This document shows, in pieces, positions 17,344 through 30,919 of a DNA stretch of 64,000 nucleotides. The notes beneath the pieces are model-generated. The model did not search any database and was not told where the DNA came from. It saw only the letters and a program-made list of their open reading frames with translations. The first letter of the stretch is position 1. Each line of letters opens with the position of its first letter. The DNA is from Thermodesulfobacteriota bacterium (GTDB lineage: Bacteria > Desulfobacterota_D > UBA1144 > Nemesobacterales > Mycalebacteriaceae), in contig OZ242184.1 in NCBI GenBank assembly GCA_965205855.1, forward strand, positions 704,001 through 768,000, read 5' to 3'. The position numbers and the translations under genes were made by a program.

Positions 17344-18146
17344 CCCATTTTTTTCTCGGTTGCTTTTAAGACTTGTCTTGCTGTTTCCGAAAGTTCGGAA
17401 TCCGGATCTCTTTCTATCACGGCTTCAAAATCCGCTTTTGCCTTCGCGAATTCGCCGAGTTTTTGAAACTCGGTCGCGCGCGCGAAAAGCGCTTTTATAA
17501 AATCCGGATTTATTTCGAATGCTTTGCCAAAATCATCCACCGCCTTTACGTTGTTGCCGAGACTGTCATACACATGCCCTCTGCTGTAAAGACTTTCAAA
17601 GTCATTCGGGTTTATCTCAATGGCTTTGTCATAGTCCTTTAGCGCGTTTTTATAATCTCTCAAAAGATTGTGGTATGTGGTGGCGCGATTGTAAAACGCT
17701 TCACCGTTTTTTGGGTCCATCTCAATGGCTTTGTCATAGTCGGCAATCGCGAGTTTGTATTTGCCAAGCCGTCCGTAAGCTGTTCCCCTGCCTATATACG
17801 CGCCGGAAAAACCGGGCATGAGTTCCATGACTTTGTTGAAGTCCTCTATTGCCGGGCTGTGGTCTCCGATGTCCACAAGCAGGAAGCCGCGGTTATACAA
17901 TGCCTTAGCGTAGTCAGGTTTAAGGTCAACGGCTTTTGAGTAACTGTCGGTAGCATCGCGCAGTTTGCCTTTCATTGACAGAGCTACTCCGAGATTGTAA
18001 TACGCATCGGGATGGTTCTGTTTGAGTTCAATCGCCCTGCTGTAATTCTCAACGGCTCCGTCCCAGTTCGCCGACACCGCGCATGAGTTTCCTTTTTTAA
18101 ACAAACTGTCAAAATCTTCCGGCATTCTTGTCTCCTTGTGTGGCAT
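17340..18146 (-). CDS. Tetratricopeptide repeat protein
   Basis: About 7 tandem AYYNxG...A..DY.KAIE..P repeats. Confidence 0.9.
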   Translation of the reverse strand: MPHKETRMPEDFDSLFKKGNSCAVSANWDGAVENYSRAIELKQNHPDAYYNLGVALSMKGKLRDATDSYSKAVDLKPDYAKALYNRGFLLVDIGDHSPAIEDFNKVMELMPGFSGAYIGRGTAYGRLGKYKLAIADYDKAIEMDPKNGEAFYNRATTYHNLLRDYKNALKDYDKAIEINPNDFESLYSRGHVYDSLGNNVKAVDDFGKAFEINPDFIKALFARATEFQKLGEFAKAKADFEAVIERDPDSELSETARQVLKATEKKMG

Positions 18147-18150
18147 TGTT

Positions 18151-21897
<3,747 letters not shown>

Positions 21898-21921
21898 ATT
21901 ATTTTTCCATACAACCGTGAC

Positions 21922-22701
21922 TTACCAGTTGTTCCTAAGCTCTCTTAATCCCGCAAAAATATCTGCATTACCGCTTAATTCGGGAAAAACTCTACGTACG
22001 TATTTTGCGGTTTCGGGATTGTCATATCTCATAAACGGGTTGTAAAGCTTCTCTTCCCCGACGGTGGAAACTGGATTTGCGGAGTTTTTCACTTCGTTCA
22101 GCTTGTTTCCGGCGTCTATGTTATCAGGTTCAATACTGAGGGCGAACTCAAGGTTTGTCTCCGCGTAATTGTGTCCGCAGAAAATCCGCGTTTTTTCGTC
22201 CAGGTTCCTCAACCGTTCAACGGATTTGAAAAGGTCGCCCACATTTCCCCCGAAGTGCGTGTTCCCGCATCCAGCAAGAAACAGAGTGTCCGCGACAAAA
22301 GCGTTGCCGTCTATAAGAAGGGAAATGTGGTCGGGGCAGTGTCCGGGAGTGTAAATAACGGAAAGCACCAGATTTCCGCAAGGGATTGAATCTCCCTCAT
22401 CCACGGTCCTGCGCGCCCCGGTTTTCTCCGCGCCCAGAGGATGGGAAATAATTTCCGCTCCGGTCTCTTTTGCCGTCTGTCTGTTTCCGAGTATGTGGTC
22501 CGGATGGGAATGCGTGTTGACTATGCTGTCCACAGACATCTTCTCTTCGGTGACATAGTTGAGAACCTCCGAAGACCCCGGCGGGTCTATGATGATGCAA
22601 CGGCCTGTTTCAGAGCATGAGACGACATAGCTGTAGTTCGCGTTGCTTTTCGGGACGTCAAACCTCACAATAAAAAACTTCCTGCAGTTGAAAATTTCCA
22701 T
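21922..22701 (-). CDS. gloB: Hydroxyacylglutathione hydrolase-like MBL-fold protein
   Basis: THSHPDH, TPGH, DTLF..GCG and EK.YNPF. Confidence 0.8.
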   Translation of the reverse strand: MEIFNCRKFFIVRFDVPKSNANYSYVVSCSETGRCIIIDPPGSSEVLNYVTEEKMSVDSIVNTHSHPDHILGNRQTAKETGAEIISHPLGAEKTGARRTVDEGDSIPCGNLVLSVIYTPGHCPDHISLLIDGNAFVADTLFLAGCGNTHFGGNVGDLFKSVERLRNLDEKTRIFCGHNYAETNLEFALSIEPDNIDAGNKLNEVKNSANPVSTVGEEKLYNPFMRYDNPETAKYVRRVFPELSGNADIFAGLRELRNNW

Positions 22702-22772
22702 AAGCCGGAAATAGAATCTACACTATGCCGAAATTCAATCAAAAGCCTTTGTCTCCGTGCCGCCCAATCACT

Positions 22773-22803
22773 TTGACAATCTGGCCGGATACTGTTGTAT
22801 AAT
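22773..22803 (+). promoter_or_regulatory. Sigma70 promoter with 19-bp spacer upstream of thrC
   Basis: TTGACA(22773)-N19-TATAAT(22798). Spacer contains the dyad ATCTGGCCGGAT. Confidence 0.55.
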
Positions 22804-22882
22804 AAAAGTCAACTTTACTTGCCTGAAAACAGAATATGTTGACGGGTTGATAAGGGTTTTACAGGCAAACAGGTTACGGATT

Positions 22883-24115
22883 ATGTCTTTTGTGGAAAAA
22901 CTTTCTTGCAAAGAATGTGGGTGTTCTTATCCGAAAAAAGCTCTTCATGTTTGCTCAGAATGCTTCGGGCCACTTGAAGTTTCCTACGACTATGCGGCTA
23001 TAAAAAAAGCGGTTTCCCGTGGAAAAATAGAGTCACGTCCAGCCAATATATGGAGATACAGGGAACTTCTTCCCGTGGACGAGGAGCCTCAGGCCGGCAG
23101 AGATGTGGGTTTCACTCCCCTTCTCAGGGCGGACAAACTCGGACGCTCTCTCGGTCACAGTGAGGTTTATGTTAAAAACGACGCCGTTTCCTTTCCGACC
23201 CTTTCTTTCAAGGACAGGGTTGTTTCCGTTGCTCTTTCCAAAGCGCTTGAGTTCAAATACAAAACGGTTTCCTGTGCTTCCACCGGTAATCTTGCAAACG
23301 CGGTAGCTTCAATAGCGGCCGAGAGAGGTCTTGAAGCCGTCATTTTTATTCCTTACGATCTTGAGAAATCAAAGATAATCAACACCGTCGTCTACGGGGC
23401 AAAGCTTGTGGGCGTAAAAGGCACGTATGATGATGTGAACAGGCTCTGCAGTGAGATAGCGGACAGGCGCGATTGGGCTTTTGTTAACGTAAACATGAGA
23501 CCTTACTACTCCGAGGGGTCAAAAAGTCTCGGATATGAAATAGCCGAACAGTTAGGATGGAAAACCCCGCGTCATATTGTTGTTCCGATGGCGAGCGGTT
23601 CGTTGCTTACAAAAATTCACAAGGCGTTTGGCGAACTGAGGAATGTCGGATTGATTGACGGAGATATGGAACCGGTTGTTATGCACGGGGCTCAGGCGGT
23701 GGGTTGCTCACCGATATCAACAGCCGTTAAGGACGGAAGGGATTTTTTCAAACCTGTTATACCGGACACAATAGCGAAATCGCTCTCAATAGGAAATCCC
23801 GCTGACGGTTACTATGCCATACAGGTTATCAGAGAAAGCGGGGGATGGAGCGAAGATGCGTCTGATGATGAAATAGTGAGCGGCATATCTCTCCTCGCCG
23901 AGACCGAGGGCATATACACCGAAACTGCGGGTGGTGTTACCGTCGCGGTTGCAAAAAAGTTGATTGAGCAAGGCCGCATTCCGAGCGGAGAGCCGGTTGT
24001 TTTATGCATTACGGGAAACGGGTTGAAAACACAGGACGCAATTGAAAACAGCCTTTCAACCCCTTATCTTATAGAACCGAACATTGAAGACTTTGAAGAG
24101 ATGTTCGCAAAATAA
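22883..24115 (+). CDS. thrC: Threonine synthase (ThrC-like PLP enzyme)
   Basis: N-terminal CxxC..CxxC, PTLSFKDR, CASTGN and ITGNGLK. Start at 22883. Confidence 0.88.
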   Translation: MSFVEKLSCKECGCSYPKKALHVCSECFGPLEVSYDYAAIKKAVSRGKIESRPANIWRYRELLPVDEEPQAGRDVGFTPLLRADKLGRSLGHSEVYVKNDAVSFPTLSFKDRVVSVALSKALEFKYKTVSCASTGNLANAVASIAAERGLEAVIFIPYDLEKSKIINTVVYGAKLVGVKGTYDDVNRLCSEIADRRDWAFVNVNMRPYYSEGSKSLGYEIAEQLGWKTPRHIVVPMASGSLLTKIHKAFGELRNVGLIDGDMEPVVMHGAQAVGCSPISTAVKDGRDFFKPVIPDTIAKSLSIGNPADGYYAIQVIRESGGWSEDASDDEIVSGISLLAETEGIYTETAGGVTVAVAKKLIEQGRIPSGEPVVLCITGNGLKTQDAIENSLSTPYLIEPNIEDFEEMFAK

Positions 24116-24136
24116 ACAGCGAATAAGGAGCAGACA

Positions 24137-24454
24137 ATGCCGCTTGTAAGAATACCGACACCGCTTAGAAATCTTTCGGGAGGCAGAGATGAAATAAACA
24201 TTGCCGCATCGGATATCGGAGATCTGATTGAAAAACTTGAAGCCGAATGTCCCGGGATGAAAGACCGCTTGTGCGATGAAAGCGGCGAAATAAGAAGATT
24301 CATCAACATCTATGTCAACAACGAGGACATCAGGTTTCTTGATGGAAAAAATACGGGACTTTCCGATGGCGACAACATTTCAATAATTCCCGCCATCGCG
24401 GGCGGCCGAGGGTCGTTCAATCTTCAAACTGAACGGGATTACGAAGGTTGCTGA
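24137..24454 (+). CDS. MoaD/CysO-like ubiquitin-fold sulfur carrier with C-terminal extension
   Basis: RIPTPLR...FINIYVNNEDIRFL...IIPAIAGG followed by 15 extra residues. Confidence 0.88.
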   Translation: MPLVRIPTPLRNLSGGRDEINIAASDIGDLIEKLEAECPGMKDRLCDESGEIRRFINIYVNNEDIRFLDGKNTGLSDGDNISIIPAIAGGRGSFNLQTERDYEGC

Positions 24455-24457
24455 TTT

Positions 24458-25507
24458 CTAAAACTCTTTCGCCAGTTCTTCCACGAGTTTCTTCTGTTGT
24501 GACGAAAGTTTTTTCGGTATTTCCACTTTGACCGTTACAAACAAATCTCCGGTGCCGCCGTTCATTCTTTTTATTCCCTTTTCCTTGAGTCTTAAAACCG
24601 TTCCCGGCTGAGTACCGTTTGGAATTTTAAATCTGATATTTTCCCCTTTCAGGGACGGAATTGATATTTCATCGCCTTTGATTGCCTGTATGAAACTTAT
24701 GTTTGTGTTGCAAAGCAGGTCCGCTCCTTCTCTTTGGAAAAGTTTGTGTCTTGAAACAATACACCTGATGTAGAGATCTCCGTTGGTTCCTCTTCCGTCC
24801 TGCGGAGCCTGCCCTTCGCCTCTGATTCTAAGCCGGGTTCCGTTGTCAACCCCCTGAGGTATTGACACCGTTACGTTGTTTCTTTCCCTCACAACTCCAG
24901 CGCCGCGGCATTGTTTGCACGGGTCTGTTATTAACTCTCCCTTGCCCTGGCAGCCCCTGCACGTCTGTTGAATTGAGAAAAACCCCTGAGAGTATCCCTG
25001 TTTGCCACTTCCCCCGCACTGGTCACACCTGACGGATTTATCGCCGCCCTTACCCCCGCACTCTTTGCACACGACGGTCCGAGGAAGTTGCACCTCTTTT
25101 TTGCACCCAAAAGCCGCTTCTTCAAAAGTGATACTGAGGTCAAGTATGATGTCTTGCCCTCTTGCTCCTTCTCTTCTTCCGCCTCCGGTGAAAACATCAT
25201 CAAAAAGGTCGCCGAAAATTCCGCCCAAATGCCCAAACCCTTCTCCCGCGTGGAAACCTTCCTCGGAATCAAAAGAAAATCCCGTTCCTCCGGTATGTCC
25301 GAATCTGTCATACTGAGCTTTTTTGTTCTTGTCCGACAGAACTTGATACGCTTCGTTTATTTCTTTGAACTTTCCCTCGGCTTCTTTCTTGTCTTTGTTT
25401 CTGTCGGGGTGGTATTTAAGAGCGAGTTTTCTGTAAGCTTTTCTTATCTCGTCTTCACTGGCGCTACGCGGAACGCCAATTATCTCGTAGTAGTCTTTTT
25501 GTGACAT
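24458..25507 (-). CDS. dnaJ: Chaperone DnaJ
   Basis: HPD motif, G/F region and four CxxCxGxG repeats. Confidence 0.96.
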   Translation of the reverse strand: MSQKDYYEIIGVPRSASEDEIRKAYRKLALKYHPDRNKDKKEAEGKFKEINEAYQVLSDKNKKAQYDRFGHTGGTGFSFDSEEGFHAGEGFGHLGGIFGDLFDDVFTGGGRREGARGQDIILDLSITFEEAAFGCKKEVQLPRTVVCKECGGKGGDKSVRCDQCGGSGKQGYSQGFFSIQQTCRGCQGKGELITDPCKQCRGAGVVRERNNVTVSIPQGVDNGTRLRIRGEGQAPQDGRGTNGDLYIRCIVSRHKLFQREGADLLCNTNISFIQAIKGDEISIPSLKGENIRFKIPNGTQPGTVLRLKEKGIKRMNGGTGDLFVTVKVEIPKKLSSQQKKLVEELAKEF

Positions 25508-25510
25508 TTT

Positions 25511-26143
25511 CTATTGTTCCTGTTTTTCATTTCCGGAAGATTGTTTTTCCGCGCCGGATGACACAACCACGCGAGCGGGGCGAATAAGTGTCTCTCCGGC
25601 ACTGTAACCCTTTTCTGTTTCCCGTATTATGAGGCCTTCTTCCATTTTTTCAGATGGTCTTTTCTCTATCGCCTCATGCAGCGCTGGGTTGAATTTATCT
25701 CCGGCTTCCGCTGACAGCTGGCTTATCCCCAGATTTTTCAGTTGTGAGACCGATTGATTGTAAGTTAGCTGGACTCCCTCAATAAGTCCTTTCCCGTCCT
25801 CATCGGATTGCTTTCCATGTCGAAGAGCAAGTTCCAGACTGTCCAAAATTCCAAGGATTGATGTCACCAGTTCTTTTATAACCGCAATTCGGGTTTGCGC
25901 TCTCTCTTTCTCGGCGCGTTTTTTGTAGTTTTCAAAATCAGCCGCCAAACGGAGGAATTTGTCATTCAATTCATCGTATTTTTTTTGAAAATCTTCATAG
26001 TCATTAAGGTCCTTTTTCCCCGTATTGTTATTTTGCCCGCCGGTGCTGTCTTTCTCCGGCTTTTCGTACGACTCAGGTTTTCCGGCTTCCTGACCATCTG
26101 TGTGCTCTCCGTTTTTCACTTCGTCTTTTTTGTCGGAAGTCAT
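25511..26143 (-). CDS. grpE: Nucleotide exchange factor GrpE
   Basis: LRLAADFENYKKR, FNPALHEA and KGY...RPARVVV. Confidence 0.95.
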   Translation of the reverse strand: MTSDKKDEVKNGEHTDGQEAGKPESYEKPEKDSTGGQNNNTGKKDLNDYEDFQKKYDELNDKFLRLAADFENYKKRAEKERAQTRIAVIKELVTSILGILDSLELALRHGKQSDEDGKGLIEGVQLTYNQSVSQLKNLGISQLSAEAGDKFNPALHEAIEKRPSEKMEEGLIIRETEKGYSAGETLIRPARVVVSSGAEKQSSGNEKQEQ

Positions 26144-26156
26144 TGCATTGATTCCT

Positions 26157-26699
26157 TTATTTGCCTGCGGTTTTTTGAGAACTGTCTTCTCCGATTTCGA
26201 TATAAAGCCTTGAGTTCTTTATATAGTTTTCCGCTGATACCCGTATGTTTTCCCTTTCATCGTCAGTGAGGTTTCTTACCGCCTTTGCCGGTACTCCGAC
26301 CGCGAGTCTGCCCGAAGGCAAAACAAATCCGGGAGGCACCAAAGCTCCCGCGCCTACGATTGACTCTTCGTGTATCTCAGCTCCGTCAAGAACAATTGCT
26401 CCCATTCCTATTAACACTTTGCTTGCAACCATGCATCCGTGAACAACTGCGTTGTGTCCTATTGTTACGCAGTCTCCTATCTCAAGCGGATGGCTGTCCG
26501 TTGTTACATGAAGCGTTGAATTGTCCTGTACATTGGTGCCTTTGCCAATTTTGATGTAATTAACATCGCCTCTGGCGACAACATTAAACCAGATACTTGA
26601 CCGCTCCCCGATTGTAACATCCCCTCCTATAAACGCCTGGGTCGCTATAAATGCGGTCGGATGTATTGACGGAGATTTTCCTTTTATATCCGTTATCAA
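26157..26699 (-). CDS. Gamma carbonic anhydrase family protein
   Basis: RGDVNYI, NVQDN, IGHNAVVHGC and hexapeptide repeats. Confidence 0.92.
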   Translation of the reverse strand: MITDIKGKSPSIHPTAFIATQAFIGGDVTIGERSSIWFNVVARGDVNYIKIGKGTNVQDNSTLHVTTDSHPLEIGDCVTIGHNAVVHGCMVASKVLIGMGAIVLDGAEIHEESIVGAGALVPPGFVLPSGRLAVGVPAKAVRNLTDDERENIRVSAENYIKNSRLYIEIGEDSSQKTAGK

Positions 26700-26700
26700 T

Positions 26701-28617
26701 TTATTTGTCTGTTATCTCAGCGTCTATGACTTCGCCGGAATCGTCTCCGGATTTTTTCTCGCTTTTTCCCCCCGTTTGTTCTTCTACGTTTTCGTCCGTA
26801 GTTTCCGCGCCATTTGCTTGTTGTTTATACATAATCTCGGCAAGTTTATGAGAAGCTTGTGTTATGGCGACATCCGCCTTTTCTATCTCCTTGGAATCAT
26901 TGGACTTGATTGCTTGTTTTCCTGATTCAAGGGCTTGCTCAAGGCTTTTTCTTTCATCTTCGGAAAGTTTTTCCTTGTGCTCTTCGAAGGTTTTTTCCGT
27001 TGAATAGATTAGCTGGTCCAACTTGTTTTTTGTTTGGACAACCTTGTGTTTTTCCTCATCCTCTTCGCTTTTCTCCTTCGCATCTTTTATCATGGAATCG
27101 ATCTCTTCCTGAGACAACCCGCTTGACGCCTCCACTTTGACTTTTTGCTCTTTGTTGGTTGCTTTGTCTTTTGCCGCAACATTAAGAATACCGTCCGCAT
27201 CTATGTCAAAGGACACTTCAACCTGAGGCAACCCTCTGGGTGCGGGAGGTATTTTGTCAAGAATGAATTTGGCAAGCGTTCTGTTGTCCGAAGACATTTT
27301 TCTTTCTCCTTGAAGGACATGAATTTCAACTTGTGTCTGATTGTCTTCGGCGGTTGTGAATATCTGGCTTTTCTTTGTCGGTATTGTTGTATTTGACTCA
27401 ATTACCGGTGTCATTACCCCGCCGAGGGTTTCAATACCCAGAGAAAGCGGAGTAACGTCCAGAAGCAGAACATCCTTAACGTCTCCGCTGAGCACCGCTC
27501 CCTGAATGGCAGCCCCCATTGCCACAACTTCGTCCGGATTGATTCCCTTGTGAGGCTCTTTGCCGAAGAATTCGGTAACGGTTTTCTGGACTATGGGTAT
27601 TCGGGTGGAACCTCCCACAAGCAGAATTTCCGATATATCAGAGGCTTTGAATCCGGAGCTCTCAAGAGCCTCTTTACACGGTCCGAGAGTTCCCTTGACC
27701 AGAGGTTCTATCAACTGCTCCAATTTTGACCTTGTTATCTTCATAACAAGATGTTTTGCTCCCGAAGAGTCTGCTGTGATAAAAGGAAGGTTGATTTCTG
27801 TTTCAAGTTTGCTTGAAAGCTCAACCTTTGCTTTCTCCGCCGCCTCCCTGAGTCTCTGGATTGCCATTTTGTCGCCGGAAAGGTCTATACCGCTGTCTTT
27901 TTTGAACTCTTCAACAACGTAGGTGATTATGTGCCGATCAAAGTCATCGCCTCCAAGCTCGGTGTCGCCGTTGGTTGATTTTACCTCTATTACGCCGTCG
28001 CTTATCTCAAGCACTGATATGTCAAAAGTTCCTCCGCCAAGGTCATAGACGACTATATTTCTGTCTTTCTGGTTGTTGAAACCGTAGGCCAGAGCCGCCG
28101 CGGTCGGCTCATTGATAATTCTGTCAACCTTAAGCCCCGCAATTTCCCCCGAGTCTTTGGTCGCCTGTCTCTGGCTGTCGTTAAAGTATGCGGGAACGGT
28201 TATCACAGCTTCTTTGACTTCCGCCCCTATGTAATTCTCCGCGGCCTTTTTAAGTTTCATCAAAATATGGGAGGCTATCTGCGGCGGGGAGTGTTTCTCT
28301 CCGTCTATTTCAATCCATGCGTCTTTTCCCTTGGGTGATGAAACAACATTGTATGGAAGATTGCCCACAAGGTCTTTTACTTCGTCCAGCCTTCTTCCCA
28401 TGAGTCGTTTTGCCGAGTAAACGGTCTTGTCGGGATTGACAACCGCCTGCCTTTTTGCCGGTGCTCCCACAAGCACCCCGTCTTCATTTGTAAATGCCAA
28501 TATTGAAGGAGTTGTACGCTCCCCCTCTTCGTTTACTATTATTTTTGCCTCTCCGCCTTCAACTATTGAGACAACAGAGTTTGTTGTGCCAAGATCTATT
28601 CCAATTATTTTAGACAT
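26701..28617 (-). CDS. dnaK: Chaperone DnaK
   Basis: [17 protein letters not shown] and DLGGGTFD. Confidence 0.98.
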   Translation of the reverse strand: MSKIIGIDLGTTNSVVSIVEGGEAKIIVNEEGERTTPSILAFTNEDGVLVGAPAKRQAVVNPDKTVYSAKRLMGRRLDEVKDLVGNLPYNVVSSPKGKDAWIEIDGEKHSPPQIASHILMKLKKAAENYIGAEVKEAVITVPAYFNDSQRQATKDSGEIAGLKVDRIINEPTAAALAYGFNNQKDRNIVVYDLGGGTFDISVLEISDGVIEVKSTNGDTELGGDDFDRHIITYVVEEFKKDSGIDLSGDKMAIQRLREAAEKAKVELSSKLETEINLPFITADSSGAKHLVMKITRSKLEQLIEPLVKGTLGPCKEALESSGFKASDISEILLVGGSTRIPIVQKTVTEFFGKEPHKGINPDEVVAMGAAIQGAVLSGDVKDVLLLDVTPLSLGIETLGGVMTPVIESNTTIPTKKSQIFTTAEDNQTQVEIHVLQGERKMSSDNRTLAKFILDKIPPAPRGLPQVEVSFDIDADGILNVAAKDKATNKEQKVKVEASSGLSQEEIDSMIKDAKEKSEEDEEKHKVVQTKNKLDQLIYSTEKTFEEHKEKLSEDERKSLEQALESGKQAIKSNDSKEIEKADVAITQASHKLAEIMYKQQANGAETTDENVEEQTGGKSEKKSGDDSGEVIDAEITDK

Positions 28618-28824
28618 TCCTGATTTCTATCCTCCGTTTTTAGATGAGAATTTTGCTATTACGCTTCACCCTCAACAGTCAAAATAAACACCAAAGGTAC
28701 GGTGTCAAGAAAACAAAACGGTACTCTTGCAAAGAAATTATTGTATATATAGATGATACAATTGGTTTATTGCAAGGGTTTTAACACTCAAATATAAATT
28801 GAATGTTTAATGTTGTGCGAAAAA

Positions 28825-29988
28825 TTATCCTGATATTGCACTGACCGCTCGTTCCGCGGCTTCTTTCATGTTCCCTGCGGTTGTTATGTCCAGTCCAGAT
28901 TTTGCAAGCATTTCTCTGCCGAGTTCAACGTTTGTTCCCTCAAGGCGAACAACGAGAGGAACTTTTATTCCAACTTCTTTTGCGGCGGTGAGTATACCCT
29001 CGGCTATGACATCGCATTTCATTATTCCGCCGAAAATATTAACCAGAATAGATTTCACATTCTTATCCTTCAGTATCATCTTAAAAGCTTTTGTTACTTG
29101 TTCTGTTGTCGCTCCCCCGCCGACATCAAGGAAGTTTGCGGGTTCTCCGCCATAGTATTTTATTATATCCATTGTCGCCATTGCGAGACCCGCTCCGTTG
29201 ACAAGACATCCTATGTTTCCCTCCATTTTGACAAAGCTAATCCCCACTTCTCTGGCTTCAACATCAAGAGGGTTTTCGTCGCTTGTGTCGCGCATCTTTT
29301 CAAGACTTTTGTGTCTGTAAAGAGCGTTGTCATCAAGGTTGATCTTACAGTCAAGCGCGGTGAGTTCGCCTTCGCCAGTCAGGACAAGAGGGTTGATTTC
29401 CGTAATTGAACAGTCATTTTCCTTGTAAAGTTTGTAAAGGTTTGAAATAAATCCGACAGATTTGTTCACCGCTTTGCCGGTAATTCCCAGTCCGTAGGCA
29501 ATCCGCCTGCACTGGAACGGCTGAATACCAATTTTCGGGTTGACAAATTCTTTGATAATCTTCTCCGGGTTTTCTTTTGCCACTTCTTCGATCTCAACTC
29601 CGCCCTCGGAACTTGCCATTACAACATCGCGTTCGCTTGAGCGGTCTGAAATAATTGCGAGATAGAACTCATACGCTATCTCGGAAGGCTCTTCAACGAG
29701 AATTTTGTGAACTATTTTCCCCTCAGGTCCGGTCTGATGAGTTACAAGCTTCATTCCCAGCATCTTTTTGCTGATTTTCTCCACTTCTTCCGGAGTCTCG
29801 GCTATTTTAATCCCGCCGGCTTTTCCCCTGCCTCCGGCAAGCACCTGCGCCTTAACAACGAATCTACCGAAATTCAGGCTTTTGGCATGCTCATAGGCTT
29901 CTTTCGAGGTTGTTGCCATTTTTCCAGAGGGGGTTGGCACACCGTATTGTGAAAGCAATTTTTTTGACTGATATTCGTGAAGGTTCAA
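28825..29988 (-). CDS. sucC: Succinyl-CoA synthetase beta subunit
   Basis: LHEYQSK, GGRGKAGG, NGAGLAMAT and NFLDVGGGA. Confidence 0.97.
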   Translation of the reverse strand: MNLHEYQSKKLLSQYGVPTPSGKMATTSKEAYEHAKSLNFGRFVVKAQVLAGGRGKAGGIKIAETPEEVEKISKKMLGMKLVTHQTGPEGKIVHKILVEEPSEIAYEFYLAIISDRSSERDVVMASSEGGVEIEEVAKENPEKIIKEFVNPKIGIQPFQCRRIAYGLGITGKAVNKSVGFISNLYKLYKENDCSITEINPLVLTGEGELTALDCKINLDDNALYRHKSLEKMRDTSDENPLDVEAREVGISFVKMEGNIGCLVNGAGLAMATMDIIKYYGGEPANFLDVGGGATTEQVTKAFKMILKDKNVKSILVNIFGGIMKCDVIAEGILTAAKEVGIKVPLVVRLEGTNVELGREMLAKSGLDITTAGNMKEAAERAVSAISG

Positions 29989-30009
29989 TTTGTTTTCTCC
30001 CTTGAAAAG

Positions 30010-30771
30010 TTATTTGATTGAGGACATTATCCAGTCTCTTTTCATTTTTGCTATGTTGGTGATTGAAATTTCTTTTGGGCATACCGCTTCACATTCGGCA
30101 TGATTTGAGCAGTTACCAAAACCTTCGGTATCCATACGGTCCACCATTTTTTTAACTCGCTCAGCTGATTCGGTTGCGCCTTGGGGCAGAATGCCCAGGT
30201 GGTATATCTTTGCCGATGTAAAAAGCGAGGCTGAAGCGTTAGGGCAAGCCGCCACGCACGCTCCGCAACCGATACATTCGGCGGCATCCATTGCATCGTC
30301 TGCTATGTGTTTTGGAACCGGAATGTTATTCGCATTTGGCGCGCTTCCCGTATTCACGGAAATATACCCGCCAGCGCGTATAATTCTGTCAAACGCACTC
30401 CTGTCAACAATAAGGTCTTTTTGTACCGGAAAGGAAGTTGCCCTGAAAGGTTCTATGAATATGGTTTGTCCGTCTCTAAAATGCCTCATATGCAGTTGAC
30501 AGACAGTTGTCGCCGATTCTGGTCCGTGCGCTTCTCCGTTGATGGTAATTCCGCAAGTCCCGCAGATTCCCTCACGGCAGTCGCTGTCAAAAGCGATTGG
30601 GTCTTCGCCGTTTTTAATCAAATTTTCGTTTACAACATCCAGCATTTCAAGAAAGGACGTATCGGGTGATATGTCCTTCGCATCGTATTTTTTAATTGCT
30701 CCGGCGGATTCGGAGTTTTTCTGTCGCCAAACCATAAGAGTCAAGTTCATTGTTCTGTTGTTCTCAGGCAT
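30010..30771 (-). CDS. sdhB: Succinate dehydrogenase/fumarate reductase Fe-S subunit
   Basis: [20 protein letters not shown] and [12 protein letters not shown]. Exact start uncertain. Confidence 0.94.
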   Translation of the reverse strand: MPENNRTMNLTLMVWRQKNSESAGAIKKYDAKDISPDTSFLEMLDVVNENLIKNGEDPIAFDSDCREGICGTCGITINGEAHGPESATTVCQLHMRHFRDGQTIFIEPFRATSFPVQKDLIVDRSAFDRIIRAGGYISVNTGSAPNANNIPVPKHIADDAMDAAECIGCGACVAACPNASASLFTSAKIYHLGILPQGATESAERVKKMVDRMDTEGFGNCSNHAECEAVCPKEISITNIAKMKRDWIMSSIK

Positions 30772-30919
30772 TGAAGTATGGACAGGTACGGACACGGAAA
30801 ACTATACCATAAAAAGGGATTTGTAAATCAGAGCTGCCCTTGAAGAGAAAGGTAGAAAGATACTGTTGAAGAGAAGTGACAGGAAAAACACAAACCTGCG
30901 TAATTTGCCGGACAGTTTT

